A stretch of 64,000 nucleotides of DNA. Source: an uncultured Alphaproteobacteria bacterium (GTDB taxonomy: Bacteria > Pseudomonadota > Alphaproteobacteria > CACIAM-22H2). How positions within the stretch are numbered: position 1 is the stretch's first letter; every line of letters starts with the position of its first letter. Location: positions 17,097-81,096 of the forward strand of contig CAVVJD010000020.1 in the NCBI GenBank assembly GCA_963748455.1, written 5' to 3'. The translations under genes and the position numbers were made by a program. A model generated the notes under the pieces. It was not told the DNA's origin. It was given only the letters and a program-made list of their open reading frames with translations, and did no database searches. Positions 31,259-41,058 of the stretch are shown here, one piece after another.

Positions 31259-31817
31259 GCATTATGTCTTTTTCCTTGGCGGCCATGCCTTCGTCGATCT
31301 TCTTGATGAACTCGTCGGTGAGCGTCTGGATCCCCGTGCCCTGCTTGCGGTGCTCGTCCTCGGTGATCTTGTGGCTCTTTTCCATCGCCTTGAGCGCTTC
31401 CATGCCGTCGCGGCGCACATTGCGCACGGCGATGCGCGCCTGCTCGGCGTATTTATGCGCGACCTTGATCAGCTCTTTGCGGCGATCCTCGGTCAGCGCC
31501 GGCAGCGGCACGCGGATGAGCTGGCCATCGACCTGCGGATTGAGGCCGAGATTGGCGTCGCGGATCGCCTTCTCAACCGCCTTGACCAGACCCTTGTCCC
31601 AGACCTGCACGGTCAGCAGTCGCGCCTCGGGCGCGTTCACCGTGCCCACCTGGGTCATCGGCATGTTGCTGCCATAAGCCTCGACATGAAGGGGTTCCAG
31701 CAGGCTGACGGAGGCGCGACCGGTGCGCAGGCCCCCCAGCTCCTTTTTGAAGGCTTCCATGGCGCCGGTCATGCGCCGGCGCAATTCGTTGATATCTGCC
31801 CCAGACATGCGAATCAT
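31251..31817 (-). CDS. frr: ribosome recycling factor
   Basis: ORF 31251..31817, 188 aa. [31 protein letters not shown] motifs. Confidence 0.93.
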   Translation of the reverse strand: MIRMSGADINELRRRMTGAMEAFKKELGGLRTGRASVSLLEPLHVEAYGSNMPMTQVGTVNAPEARLLTVQVWDKGLVKAVEKAIRDANLGLNPQVDGQLIRVPLPALTEDRRKELIKVAHKYAEQARIAVRNVRRDGMEALKAMEKSHKITEDEHRKQGTGIQTLTDEFIKKIDEGMAAKEKDIMHV

Positions 31818-32551
31818 CCCTTATCGGTTATGAGGGTGAACTTGCCCGTCCCGGCCAGGACCTTGGCAAAACCGCCCGCCGTCTCGATCGAAAAGACCAG
31901 GATGGGAATGTTGTTCTCGCGGGCAAGCGAAATCGCCGAGGCATCCATGACCTTGAGGTCGCTCGACAGCACGGTCATGTAGTCGAGTTTCTCGTAGCGC
32001 TTGGCCTTGCTGTCCTTCTTGGGATCGGCGCTGTAGACGCCGTCGACCTTTGTGCCCTTGAGCAACGCGTCGCAGCCCATTTCGGAAGCGCGCAGCGCCG
32101 CGGCGGTATCGGTTGTAAAGAACGGATTGCCGGTGCCGGCAGCGAAAATGACGACGCGGCCCTTCTCCAGATGGCGCAGGGCCCGGCGGCGGATATAAGG
32201 CTCGCACACCGCCGACATCGGGATGGCGGACAGTACGCGCGTGGTGACGCCGATGCCTTCAAGGGCACTCTGCAGGGCGAGCGCGTTGATGACGGTCGCG
32301 AGCATGCCCATGTAGTCGGCGCTGGCGCGCTCGATACCCTTGGCGGCACCGGAGATGCCGCGGAAGATGTTGCCGCCACCGATGACCAGGGCCACCTGTA
32401 CGCCGGCCTGCTGCACGGCTTTGACGTCGTTGGCGATGCGCGACACCGTCACGTCATCGACGCCATACTGCCCCGGCCCCATCAGGACTTCGCCGGAGAT
32501 CTTCAGCAGCACGCGCTGATATTGCGAAGTCTTGACGGTGGGGCCGGCCAT
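31814..32551 (-). CDS. pyrH: UMP kinase
   Basis: ORF 31814..32713 trimmed to [23 protein letters not shown] (alternative start 32647). [26 protein letters not shown] motifs. Confidence 0.9.
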   Translation of the reverse strand: MAGPTVKTSQYQRVLLKISGEVLMGPGQYGVDDVTVSRIANDVKAVQQAGVQVALVIGGGNIFRGISGAAKGIERASADYMGMLATVINALALQSALEGIGVTTRVLSAIPMSAVCEPYIRRRALRHLEKGRVVIFAAGTGNPFFTTDTAAALRASEMGCDALLKGTKVDGVYSADPKKDSKAKRYEKLDYMTVLSSDLKVMDASAISLARENNIPILVFSIETAGGFAKVLAGTGKFTLITDKG

Positions 32552-32723
32552 GAGTGCCGCAGACTTGCGGGGTCCCGTATTTGCGCCGTGCGTAAGCGCA
32601 GCGGTGGCCAAGCTTTTGCGCTTAACCTTCAACTCCGCCATCGTCATCCCCCGTTGCGGATCCCGCCCCGGCCGGCGTGTCCGCCTCGGGCCCGAAATCG
32701 TCACATCATACACGATCGGACGC

Positions 32724-33650
32724 CTAGCGTCCGATCTGGGCCTGCGCTGCCACTTCGGCCGCGAAGTCGCTTTCCCTGCGCTCGATGCCCTCGCCCAAAG
32801 CGAAACGACGAAACCCGGAGATGGTTACCGGTGCGCCGATCTCCTTGGCCGCCTTTTCCACCACCGCCGACACGCGGCTCTCGCCGTCGACGACGTAGAG
32901 CTGCTCGAGCAGAACCGTTTCCTCGTAGTACTTGCGCAGGCGGCCCTCGACCATCTTCTCGATGACATTGGCCGGGCGGCCCGACGCCATGGCCTGCTCG
33001 GTGAGGATATCGCGCTCGCGCTTGAGGGCGGCCGGATCGACCTCGGTGATGCTCAGCGACTGCGGATTGGCGGCGGCGACATGCATGGCAATCTGCTTGC
33101 CCAGCGCCTGCAGCTTGGCCGCATCGCCCGTCGACTCGATCGCCACCAGTACGCCGATCTTGCCCAGCCCCGGTGCCACGGCGCTGTGGACATAGCTCGC
33201 CACCACGCCGTTCTTCACCTGCAGCGCCACGCCGCGGCGCAGGCCCATGTTCTCGCCGATTGTCGCGACCAGGTTGGTCAGCTTGTCGGCGATCGTGGCC
33301 CCGCCCGCCTTGGCGGTCTTGATCTTCTCGACATCGCCGCCCTGCTCCAACGCCGCCGACGCGGCATCGCGCACGACCGCCTGGAAGGAATCGTTGCGTG
33401 CAACGAAATCCGTCTCAGCGTTGACTTCGACCATGGCGCCTTTGGGGCCCGATGCGGCAACGCCGATCAGCCCTTCGGCCGCAACTCGGCCGGCCTTCTT
33501 CGCGGCCTGCGACAGACCCTTCTTACGGAGCCAATCCACGCCCGCTTCGATGTCGCCGTTGGTCTCGGTCAGAGCCTTCTTGCAGTCCATCATGCCGGCG
33601 CCGGTCTTCTCGCGAAGCTCCTTGACCAGCGCAGCCGTAATTTCGGCCAT
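32724..33650 (-). CDS. tsf: translation elongation factor Ts
   Basis: ORF 32724..33650. [27 protein letters not shown]. Confidence 0.95.
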   Translation of the reverse strand: MAEITAALVKELREKTGAGMMDCKKALTETNGDIEAGVDWLRKKGLSQAAKKAGRVAAEGLIGVAASGPKGAMVEVNAETDFVARNDSFQAVVRDAASAALEQGGDVEKIKTAKAGGATIADKLTNLVATIGENMGLRRGVALQVKNGVVASYVHSAVAPGLGKIGVLVAIESTGDAAKLQALGKQIAMHVAAANPQSLSITEVDPAALKRERDILTEQAMASGRPANVIEKMVEGRLRKYYEETVLLEQLYVVDGESRVSAVVEKAAKEIGAPVTISGFRRFALGEGIERRESDFAAEVAAQAQIGR

Positions 33651-33749
33651 GCCTCAACTCCTCATAATGTCAGGGTCCGCCGCCGCGCATCGCCCGCGGC
33701 CAGGGCCCGATCGATCCAGCGCCACGTCGGCGCAAACCAGCGAGGGCCC

Positions 33750-34643
33750 TTATTCGGCCGGCGCCTTTTCCTTCCGCCTGCGCGGCGCAGACTTCTTGCT
33801 AACCACCGGCTTGCGTGCGGCCTTGTCACCGGCTGGGCTTGCGTCCGCCGCCGGGGCTGCGTCGGCCGATTTCTCGTCCTTCGCCTCGCCATTGGCCGCA
33901 ACCGCTTCGTCGGCGGGCTGGTCGGACTCGCCGACATCCACGCCCGACGCCACCATTTCCGCCTGGATGCCGTCGATCACGGCGCCCGCCAGCAGGTCGC
34001 AATAGGTCTGGATCGCGCGAAGCGCGTCGTCATTGCCCGGGATCGGGAACTTGATGCCCTTGGGATCGCTGTTGCTGTCGACCACCGCGGCGACCGGGAT
34101 GTTGAGGCGCTGCGCCTCTTCCACCGCAATCGATTCCTTGTTGGTGTCGATCACGAACAGCATGTCGGGCAGGCCGCCCATTTCCTTGATGCCGCCCAGT
34201 GCGCGCTCGAGCTTGTCGCGCTCGCGCGTCAGGTTCAGCGTTTCCTTCTTGGTGAGGCCGGTCTCGCCCTGCTTCAGCTGCTCGTCGAGCTCGCGCAGAC
34301 GGCGGATCGAATTGGAGATCGTCTTCCAGTTGGTCAGCATGCCGCCGAGCCAGCGATGGTTGACGTAGTACTGGCCGCAACGCTTGGCGGCGTCCGCCAC
34401 CGGCTCCTGCGCCTGGCGCTTGGTGCCGACGAACAGCACGCGGCCGCCGGCCTTCACCACATCGCGCACGGCTTCGAGCGCGTGGTAGAGCATCGGCACG
34501 GTCTGCTGCAGGTCGATGATGTGGATGTTGTTGCGAACCCCGAACAGATACGGGGCCATCTTGGGATTCCAGCGCCGGGTCTGATGTCCGAAATGAACAC
34601 CGGCCTCGAGCAACTGACGCATGGTAAAGCTGGGCATCGCCAT
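33750..34643 (-). CDS. rpsB: 30S ribosomal protein S2 with a charged C-terminal extension
   Basis: ORF 33750..34643. [22 protein letters not shown]. About 45 extra Ala/Asp/Lys-rich C-terminal residues. Confidence 0.95.
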   Translation of the reverse strand: MAMPSFTMRQLLEAGVHFGHQTRRWNPKMAPYLFGVRNNIHIIDLQQTVPMLYHALEAVRDVVKAGGRVLFVGTKRQAQEPVADAAKRCGQYYVNHRWLGGMLTNWKTISNSIRRLRELDEQLKQGETGLTKKETLNLTRERDKLERALGGIKEMGGLPDMLFVIDTNKESIAVEEAQRLNIPVAAVVDSNSDPKGIKFPIPGNDDALRAIQTYCDLLAGAVIDGIQAEMVASGVDVGESDQPADEAVAANGEAKDEKSADAAPAADASPAGDKAARKPVVSKKSAPRRRKEKAPAE

Positions 34644-34932
34644 GGGCGAAAGATCCTTTTCCGGTTGAGCCGCCGCGGGGCATTGCGCCCGAACGCCCTG
34701 ATTTCAGAGGTCCGGACACCGGATCGACCGACAGCCTATGACGCTGCCCGCCGTAACCCCGCGTGAGAGGTTAAAGGCCATGATTGGCCGGGCGGGGTAA
34801 TAGCCCGCAGGCCCCGGAAAAGCAAGGCTCAATGCGCTTTTTCCACCGCCTCAGAACCGTCAAAATACGTCAGGGAATATGTTCTTATTTCCCAGCCCGG
34901 CTGCCCGGGATGGTGTATTCGCCAGCCATTTC

Positions 34933-34954
34933 ATGTAAGACCTATTCACATGAG
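34933..34954 (+). promoter_or_regulatory. candidate TetR operator ATGTAAGA-N7-ACATGAG overlapping the tetR start codon
   Basis: ATGTAAGAcctattcACATGAG. The same 8+7 nt flanks at identical spacing recur at 35659-35680. Contains the inverted repeat TCATGT/ACATGA. Confidence 0.45.
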
Positions 34955-35603
34955 CTGGCACGGCAAAGATAGCGGCGAACGCAAGGGCTACCACCATGGC
35001 AACCTCCGGGAGGCCCTGATCGCGGCCGCCCTCAAGCTGATCTCCGAAAAGGGCGCTTTCGGCTTCACCTTTGCCGATGCGGCGCGCTGGGCCGGGGTCA
35101 GCTCGGCCGCCCCCTATCGCCATTACCGCGACCGCGACGCCTTGCTGATCGACGTCGCCAAGCGCGGCTACGAGCTGTTTTCCGAGCGCCTGGAGCGTGC
35201 CTGGAACGGCGGCAGCCCCGATCCCTTTCGCGCCTTCGAGAACCTCGGCCGGGCCTACCTCGCCTTCGCCCATGACGAAGCCGCTTATTACACCGCGATG
35301 TTCGAGGCCGGGGTGTCGGCCGATGCCGACCCGGGCTTGCGCGAGGCTGCCGACCGCGCGTTCGGCATCCTGCGCCGGGCCGCCGAGCAGCTTTCGACCG
35401 GCCTGCCCGCCAACCAGCGCCCACCGGCCCTGATGATGGCGCTGCACATCTGGGCGCTGGCCCACGGCACCGCCTCGCTCTTCGCGCGCGGCGACAAGGG
35501 GCGGCGCGCCCTGCCCATGGCCCCCGCCGAGTTGCTGGAAGCCGGCGTTCTGATCTACCTGCGCGGCCTTGGGCTGGCCGGCGGACCGGGCTCCGGCCAG
35601 TAA
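34950..35603 (+). CDS. TetR/AcrR-family transcriptional regulator
   Basis: ORF 34950..35603. N-terminal HTH GNLREALIAAALKLISEKGAFGFTFADAARWAGVSSAAPYRHY. Confidence 0.9.
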   Translation: MSWHGKDSGERKGYHHGNLREALIAAALKLISEKGAFGFTFADAARWAGVSSAAPYRHYRDRDALLIDVAKRGYELFSERLERAWNGGSPDPFRAFENLGRAYLAFAHDEAAYYTAMFEAGVSADADPGLREAADRAFGILRRAAEQLSTGLPANQRPPALMMALHIWALAHGTASLFARGDKGRRALPMAPAELLEAGVLIYLRGLGLAGGPGSGQ

Positions 35604-35658
35604 TCCACAGATTTTTTGAATCTCCCGCTTAACTCCCGAATGCCGACCCAATATGTGA

Positions 35659-35680
35659 ATGTAAGATACATTTACATGAG
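35659..35680 (+). promoter_or_regulatory. second copy of the ATGTAAGA-N7-ACATGAG motif, 7 nt upstream of the DUF2852 gene
   Basis: ATGTAAGAtacatttACATGAG. Includes the palindrome AATGTA-aga-TACATT. Confidence 0.45.
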
Positions 35681-35686
35681 GGCGCC

Positions 35687-36130
35687 ATGACAGGTCTCGC
35701 CGCAAAACTGGATGACCTCGGCAAGCCGGCCTGGATCGGCTTGATGGTCGTAAGCTTCTTTGTGTTCTGGCCGCTGGGACTTTTCATCCTGGCTTACTTG
35801 ATAGGGAGTGGACGCATGGGTTGCTGGTCACACAATGGCCGCTGGCAGGACAAGATGGATCGCATGCAGGCGAAGATGGACCGGCTGCGCGAGCGCGCCG
35901 GCCAGTGGCGCGGCTGGGAGCCGCCCTCCAGCGGCAACCGCGCCTTCGACGAATACCGCGTCGAGGCAATGCGCCGGCTTGAAGAGGAACAGCGCGAGTT
36001 CCGCGACTTCCTCGAGCGCCTGCGCCACGCCAAGGACAAGGCGGAGTTCGACCAGTTCATGGCCGACCGCCGGATGCGCCGCGACAGCCCACCCCCTAGC
36101 GGCGCGACGCCCGAACCTCAGCCGGGCTGA
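35687..36130 (+). CDS. DUF2852-family small membrane protein
   Basis: ORF 35687..36130. N-terminal TM WIGLMVVSFFVFWPLGLFILAYLIG followed by a charged helical tail. Family recalled from Rhizobiales annotations. Confidence 0.65.
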   Translation: MTGLAAKLDDLGKPAWIGLMVVSFFVFWPLGLFILAYLIGSGRMGCWSHNGRWQDKMDRMQAKMDRLRERAGQWRGWEPPSSGNRAFDEYRVEAMRRLEEEQREFRDFLERLRHAKDKAEFDQFMADRRMRRDSPPPSGATPEPQPG

Positions 36131-36160
36131 CACCACCAAACACAGCCGAGACTTGTGGGC

Positions 36161-36201
36161 GGCCCGCGGGTGAGAAATCACCCGCGGGCCGTTCGCGTTT
36201 T
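36161..36201 (+). terminator. Rho-independent terminator (13-bp GC stem, GAAA loop, T-containing tail)
   Basis: GGCCCGCGGGTGA-gaaa-TCACCCGCGGGCC followed by gttcgcgtttt, 30 nt after the DUF2852 stop. Confidence 0.65.
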
Positions 36202-36236
36202 GAAGGGGCGCTTGCGCTGTGCTATCAGCCGCGCCC

Positions 36237-36995
36237 ATGAACGACGCCTCCCCTACTCTCGATTTCATTGGCGATGACGAACTGGGCTACGTGCGCAGCC
36301 GCACCCGCTTCAGCGACGGCGGTCTCGCCCTCGATGACTCCTATCGCCTCACCCACCTGCCGCTGATTGCACCAGATCATCCGCGCATCATCGCGTCGAA
36401 GCCCGGCGCTATCCATACGATGGGCCGCCACGAGCGCAATTTTTCGCTCGTGCTGCCCGTCTATGCCGATCAACTGCATCAATCGCCGGCCTATCGCGCG
36501 CTCGAAGCGGACCTGCGCGCGGCCCCGTGCGGCCACAAGATTGCGTGGGATCTGCTGCCACGCCGACAGGCGCGACTGCACGCCACCATCTGCAACACGC
36601 TGTCGTTTCACGAGCCACCAAAGCTGTCCGACGACGTGCGCCGCACGCTCGCCGGCATCGGCCCGATCACCGTCGAGCTGCGCGGGCTTTTCTCCGGCAA
36701 CGTCAATATCGGCCAACTTTATTTTCCGGTCTATCCCGAACGACGCCGTGGCGCTAATCCAATGCACGTGATCCAGCGCGCGCTCGGTTGGAAGCTGACC
36801 GATCTCTATCTCGTCGGTATCTACAATTTTCACGACGACCTCGACGCGCGCGAGGCCACGTCGCTCAAGACCATTCTCGAAAAATGGCAGGACCGCCCGC
36901 TCCTGCGCTATCGCGCCGATCATCTTTGGATGCTCGGCACCAGCGACACGCTGGTGCTCGATGGCGCCGTCGCGGAGAACGTCTCGCTCGTTTGA
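36237..36995 (+). CDS. hypothetical protein (family not recognised with confidence; one HxTx motif LHATI hints at a 2H-phosphoesterase-like fold)
   Basis: ORF 36219..36995 (GTG); first ATG at 36237. Codon usage and amino-acid composition look like a real gene. Confidence 0.55.
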   Translation: MNDASPTLDFIGDDELGYVRSRTRFSDGGLALDDSYRLTHLPLIAPDHPRIIASKPGAIHTMGRHERNFSLVLPVYADQLHQSPAYRALEADLRAAPCGHKIAWDLLPRRQARLHATICNTLSFHEPPKLSDDVRRTLAGIGPITVELRGLFSGNVNIGQLYFPVYPERRRGANPMHVIQRALGWKLTDLYLVGIYNFHDDLDAREATSLKTILEKWQDRPLLRYRADHLWMLGTSDTLVLDGAVAENVSLV

Positions 36996-37322
36996 ATGAG
37001 ACGCGGCCTCATAAAGGCGACCGACCGTCTCACTAAGGCGTAACTGCGATTTTGAGCGGACATCTGCGCTCTGTAAGCAAAAAAAGCACTCACGCGCTCC
37101 GGTAGAAAGCGTCTATTTATTTTACAACCAGCTGCGCCTCGTTGCCGAGGAGCGATGCGAAATACTATCGCCACGCGGCTTTGCCAATTCGGCACGGGAA
37201 TTGCTGACATGGCGCGCTCTGGTTTTGGTTGCGCGATTTGCGACGGATCAGAATTCATCGCGACCTCGCTGTGCGGCTAACCGCCGCTTGGTCGTTCTCG
37301 TTCTTTTTGGGGAGAAACTCGA

Positions 37323-37973
37323 ATGTCGTTTCAATACCACTCTCGCCGTTTCGTCGCGACGGCGATCGTGTCGATCATGGCGGTCGGCTCGCTGCTCGCA
37401 GCACCTTCGGCCGAAGCAGGGATTGTCTACCAGCAAACGCCCGCCGCGAATTGGGGAGCTCAGGGCAGCTATGGCCCGGCCCACGCCTTCGACGATTTCA
37501 AGCTGACGACGGCAGCGAAGGTCACCGGCGTCAATTGGTGGGGCTATACCTAGGATACTGCGAGCAGCGTCGTCATCGGTTTCTATTTGAACAACGGATC
37601 GACGTTCTATCCGGCGAGCACGCCATTCTACGAGACAACGGTCACTGTAACGAACGTCGGAGGGCACTTTGAAGTCGATCTCCCGGCACCCGTCGACCTG
37701 CCGGCAGATACGGATTTGTGGGTCTCGATCTACGCACAAACCGGCCAACTCAACTGGTTGATGGCGAACGCTGCCACCCAACCGGGGAGCCTCGGGGCAA
37801 ATCTCTCGGTCCAGCGCTGGGCAGATGGCGACAGGCTCGGCGGATTCGATAACGCGTTCGTTCTCGAAGGCGATCCGAACGGCGTGCCCGAGCCGTCGAC
37901 GGCGCTGATGCTCGTCGGCGGATTGCTCGGGCTGGCGGGACTTGTCCGTCGTCGTCGCGTCCGGACCAGGTAA
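37323..37973 (+). pseudogene. PEP-CTERM-anchored secreted protein with an in-frame TAG (37551-37553)
   Basis: ORF 37323..37553 (signal peptide VATAIVSIMAVGSLLAAPSAEA) and ORF 37587..37973 are in the same frame. Read-through gives ...NWWGYT*DTASSVVIGFYLNNGS.... C-terminal VPEPSTALMLVGGLLGLAGLVRRRR is a PEP-CTERM sorting signal. Confidence 0.75.
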
Positions 37974-37974
37974 G

Positions 37975-38100
37975 ATATCGTTGAACCGGTCGGCCGCGTT
38001 GCGGAGCGGATCGAGCGTCCAGCCCTCGATCAACAACGCGCCGGCCGGTGCCACTTGAATGTCGGTGCGGCCCTTTGGCTCGGCCGCACAGTCTGAAAGC
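37975..38100 (-). pseudogene. remnant (C-terminal ~40 codons) of a paralogue of the hypothetical gene 41472..42164
   Basis: Minus-strand reading AEPKGRTDIQVAPAGALLIEGWTLDPLRNAADRFNDI versus AESKGRSDIQAAPVGALLIEGCNLDPLRNAIDRLNDI. Roughly 75% nucleotide identity over about 110 nt with 41555-41665. No upstream coding body. Confidence 0.5.
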
Positions 38101-38104
38101 CCGA

Positions 38105-39874
38105 TTATTCCGGCAGGCCCGCCTTACGCAGCGCGCTGAGATAGCGCTCCATGGCGGCGTCATCCTTCCAGGGGACGCCCGCGCGGGTCCTTGCGATGGT
38201 TGTTCCCGGCGCAACGCTTAAAAGTCCGTCCCGCGCGGCGTGCGCCTTTTCGATCTCGCCGAGCTGCCCGTAACTCGCCGCCAGGAGCCGATGGGCGGTC
38301 GGGAAGTTTTGATAAAGATGAATGGCCTTGTGCGCCCATTCGACGGCCTCGTCGTAGCGTTCGGCGGCAAATTCCGCCAGGCCCCAAAACCCGAATGTCC
38401 AGTAATTGGCCGGATCGCGCGGATTCAGCCGCAGCGCTTCGCTCAAGTGTGCTCGCGCGTTGTCACTCTCGCCGGACAGCGCATAGAACCCGCCGCCCCA
38501 CATATGCGCGAATGCAAGGTTGGGAGTCATTTCAAGCGCCGTAATCAGTCGTCGGCGCGATTCGTCGTAACGACGCATGAACAGCGCAACCACGCCCAGG
38601 ATTGTGTGCGCTTCGGCATCGCGATCGTCCAGTTCCACGGCCCTGCGCACCATGTCATGGGCTTGGGCGAGCGACTGTGCCGGCGACGCGCTTCGCGCAT
38701 AAAGCACGTCCCAGATGTCGCACATCGCGTGGACGACTCGCGCCCGGGCCATGCCGGGGTCGAGCTCGATGGCTTGCATGGCGAATTTCTTGGCCTCGGC
38801 ATTGTCCGCTTCGGTCAGACGCCAGGCATGCCAGTTGGCGCGCATCACGCAGTCCCACGCATCCATTCTGGCGGGTTCCTTGCGCCTTGCGCGCTGCATC
38901 TCCGCACCGATCAGCTCCGGTGCCACCACGCCGACGATGTTGGCCGTGATCTCGTCCTGCACGGCGAAGATGTTGTCGACCTCGCGATCGTAGCGCTCCG
39001 CCCAGACATGGTTGCCGGTTGTCGCATCGATGAGCTGGGCGGTGCTGCGCACGCGCGTGCCGGCCTTGCGCACACTGCCTTCGAGCACGTAGCGCACCCC
39101 AAGCTCGCCCGCCACCTGCTTTACGCTCACGCTCCTGCCCTTGTAGGTGAACGATGAGTTCCGGGCGGTGACGAAGAAGGCATGGTTGCGCGACAATCCG
39201 GTGATGATGTCCTCGGCCATACCATCGGCGAAATACTCCTGGTCGCGCTCAGCACTCATATCCTGGAACGGCAGGACCGCGATCGAGGGCTTGGCGGGCA
39301 CCGTGCCACCGCCGTTCGCGGCAATTGTTCTGGCATTGACCGCCCCACCCAACCGCACCCGGTAGACGCGAACCGGCTTCTGGATGTTTTTGACAAGCCG
39401 CTCCCCCAGGTCGTCGAACCCCAGGTCGAGCTTGCCCACGACCTGCTCGAACACGCTGGCGGAAATGAAGACCTCGCCGGGCTCGGCCAGACCTTCCAGG
39501 CGCGCGGCGATGTTGACGCCCTCGCCCAGAATGTCGTCGCCGTCGATCACGATATCGCCGAGATTGATGCCGGCGCGATATTGGATGCGCCGCTCGCGCG
39601 GCACGTCGGCTTCGGCCTTCGCGATCGCGCGCTGTATCCGCACAGCGCTGTCGAGCGCGTCGACGACGCTGGCGAACTCCACCAGCATTCCGTCACCCGT
39701 CGTCTTGACGACGCGGCCGCCATGCTCGTGCAGAACCGGTTCGATCAGTGTGCGGCGATGGTCCCGTTGGCGGGCAATGGTGCCGACCTCATCGGCCTCC
39801 ATATGCCGCGAATAGCCGACCATGTCGACCGCCAGGATGGCCGCGAGCCTGCGTACCACGCGATCGATGGCCAA
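38105..39874 (-). CDS. class III adenylate/guanylate cyclase with C-terminal TPR domain
   Basis: ORF 38105..39874. LAAILAVDMVGYSR...VKTTGDGMLVEF cyclase core, then a TolB-like linker and TPR repeats. Confidence 0.88.
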   Translation of the reverse strand: MAIDRVVRRLAAILAVDMVGYSRHMEADEVGTIARQRDHRRTLIEPVLHEHGGRVVKTTGDGMLVEFASVVDALDSAVRIQRAIAKAEADVPRERRIQYRAGINLGDIVIDGDDILGEGVNIAARLEGLAEPGEVFISASVFEQVVGKLDLGFDDLGERLVKNIQKPVRVYRVRLGGAVNARTIAANGGGTVPAKPSIAVLPFQDMSAERDQEYFADGMAEDIITGLSRNHAFFVTARNSSFTYKGRSVSVKQVAGELGVRYVLEGSVRKAGTRVRSTAQLIDATTGNHVWAERYDREVDNIFAVQDEITANIVGVVAPELIGAEMQRARRKEPARMDAWDCVMRANWHAWRLTEADNAEAKKFAMQAIELDPGMARARVVHAMCDIWDVLYARSASPAQSLAQAHDMVRRAVELDDRDAEAHTILGVVALFMRRYDESRRRLITALEMTPNLAFAHMWGGGFYALSGESDNARAHLSEALRLNPRDPANYWTFGFWGLAEFAAERYDEAVEWAHKAIHLYQNFPTAHRLLAASYGQLGEIEKAHAARDGLLSVAPGTTIARTRAGVPWKDDAAMERYLSALRKAGLPE

Positions 39875-40052
39875 AGCTATTCCTCCACCTGCGACGCGCC
39901 GGTGGAAAATCTACGACCCCGCACGCCCCAAGTCCACGCGAAATGTCCGACAATCCCCGCGGGCAATACACGGGCCAATGCACGCGGTAAATCGATCCGG
40001 GTAGGCCGGCCACCGCCCCATCACGATCAACCCACGAGCCGCACGCAAATAG

Positions 40053-40943
40053 TCACGTCCCGGGCAGATCGACTCCCGGAAAGATCTTGATCACCGCGGA
40101 ATCATCTTCCCCGCCATGCCCTGCGGCTGCCGCCATCAGGAACATCTGATGCGCGGCGGCCGAGAGCGGCAGCGGCAAGGTGGATTTCTTTCCCGCCTCC
40201 AGCACGATGCCGAGGTCCTTGACGAAGATATTGACGGCCGAGCGCGGCGTGTAGTCGCCGTCGAGGATGTGCGGCACCCGGTTCTGGAACATCCACGACG
40301 AGCCGGCGCTGTTCGAGATCACCTCAAAGAGAACTTTGGGATCGGCGCCCGCCTTGATGCCCAGCGCCATCGCCTCGGCCGCGGCCGCGATATGCACCCC
40401 TGCCAGCAATTGATTTACCAACTTCACCTTGGAACCGGCGCCGGGTGCATCGCCCAGCCGGTAGATCTTCTGCGCGATGGCGCCGAGAATGGGCTCGCAG
40501 CGAGCGAACGCATCCGGCGCGCCCGAGGCCATCATCGTCATCTCGCCGGCGGCGGCCTTGGTCGCGCCGCCCGAAACCGGCCCATCGATCATCAGAATGC
40601 CGCGTTCCGCCAAGCGCGCGCCCAGCCGCTCGGCATAATCCGGCGCCACCGTGACGCTCATGATCACGCAGCTGCCCTTGCGCATGGCTGGTACCGCGCC
40701 TTTCTCACCAAATAAGACCGCTTCGGTCTGTTCGGCGTTCACGACCAGCACGATGACGACCTCGCAGGCTGCGCCAAGTTCGGCGGGGTTAGCACTGGCG
40801 ATCGCGCCCTGGTCGACAAAGGACCGCACTACAGCCGGCCGCACGTCGCACACCCGCGCCGCAAAACCGGCCCGCAACAACGATGTCGCGACACCACCGC
40901 CCATCGAACCCAGGCCGATCACACCGACATTCGGCTTTGTCAT
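40053..40943 (-). CDS. NAD(P)-dependent oxidoreductase, 3-hydroxyisobutyrate dehydrogenase family (LtnD-like)
   Basis: ORF 40053..40943. VGVIGLGSMGGGVA Rossmann motif, DGPVSGG, GAGSKVKLVNQ. Confidence 0.85.
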   Translation of the reverse strand: MTKPNVGVIGLGSMGGGVATSLLRAGFAARVCDVRPAVVRSFVDQGAIASANPAELGAACEVVIVLVVNAEQTEAVLFGEKGAVPAMRKGSCVIMSVTVAPDYAERLGARLAERGILMIDGPVSGGATKAAAGEMTMMASGAPDAFARCEPILGAIAQKIYRLGDAPGAGSKVKLVNQLLAGVHIAAAAEAMALGIKAGADPKVLFEVISNSAGSSWMFQNRVPHILDGDYTPRSAVNIFVKDLGIVLEAGKKSTLPLPLSAAAHQMFLMAAAAGHGGEDDSAVIKIFPGVDLPGT

Positions 40944-41058
40944 GCTTCCTCCTTAGTCGTGATGCGCGTGTCGACAGAAGCAAGGCACGCCGGCCTTTTC
41001 TCAAGCGACGCGATGCAAATTTTCGCCGGCTGAAATAGAAAGGCGCGAAGCCGCGCGC

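Noticed and set aside
38105-39874. Adenylate cyclase as part of a Pycsar/CBASS-like cyclic-nucleotide defence system.
   Set aside because: The protein is the common rhizobial cyclase-TPR architecture (589 aa). No adjacent effector (TIR, patatin, transmembrane killer, Cap genes) is present, and the neighbours are a PEP-CTERM protein and a dehydrogenase.
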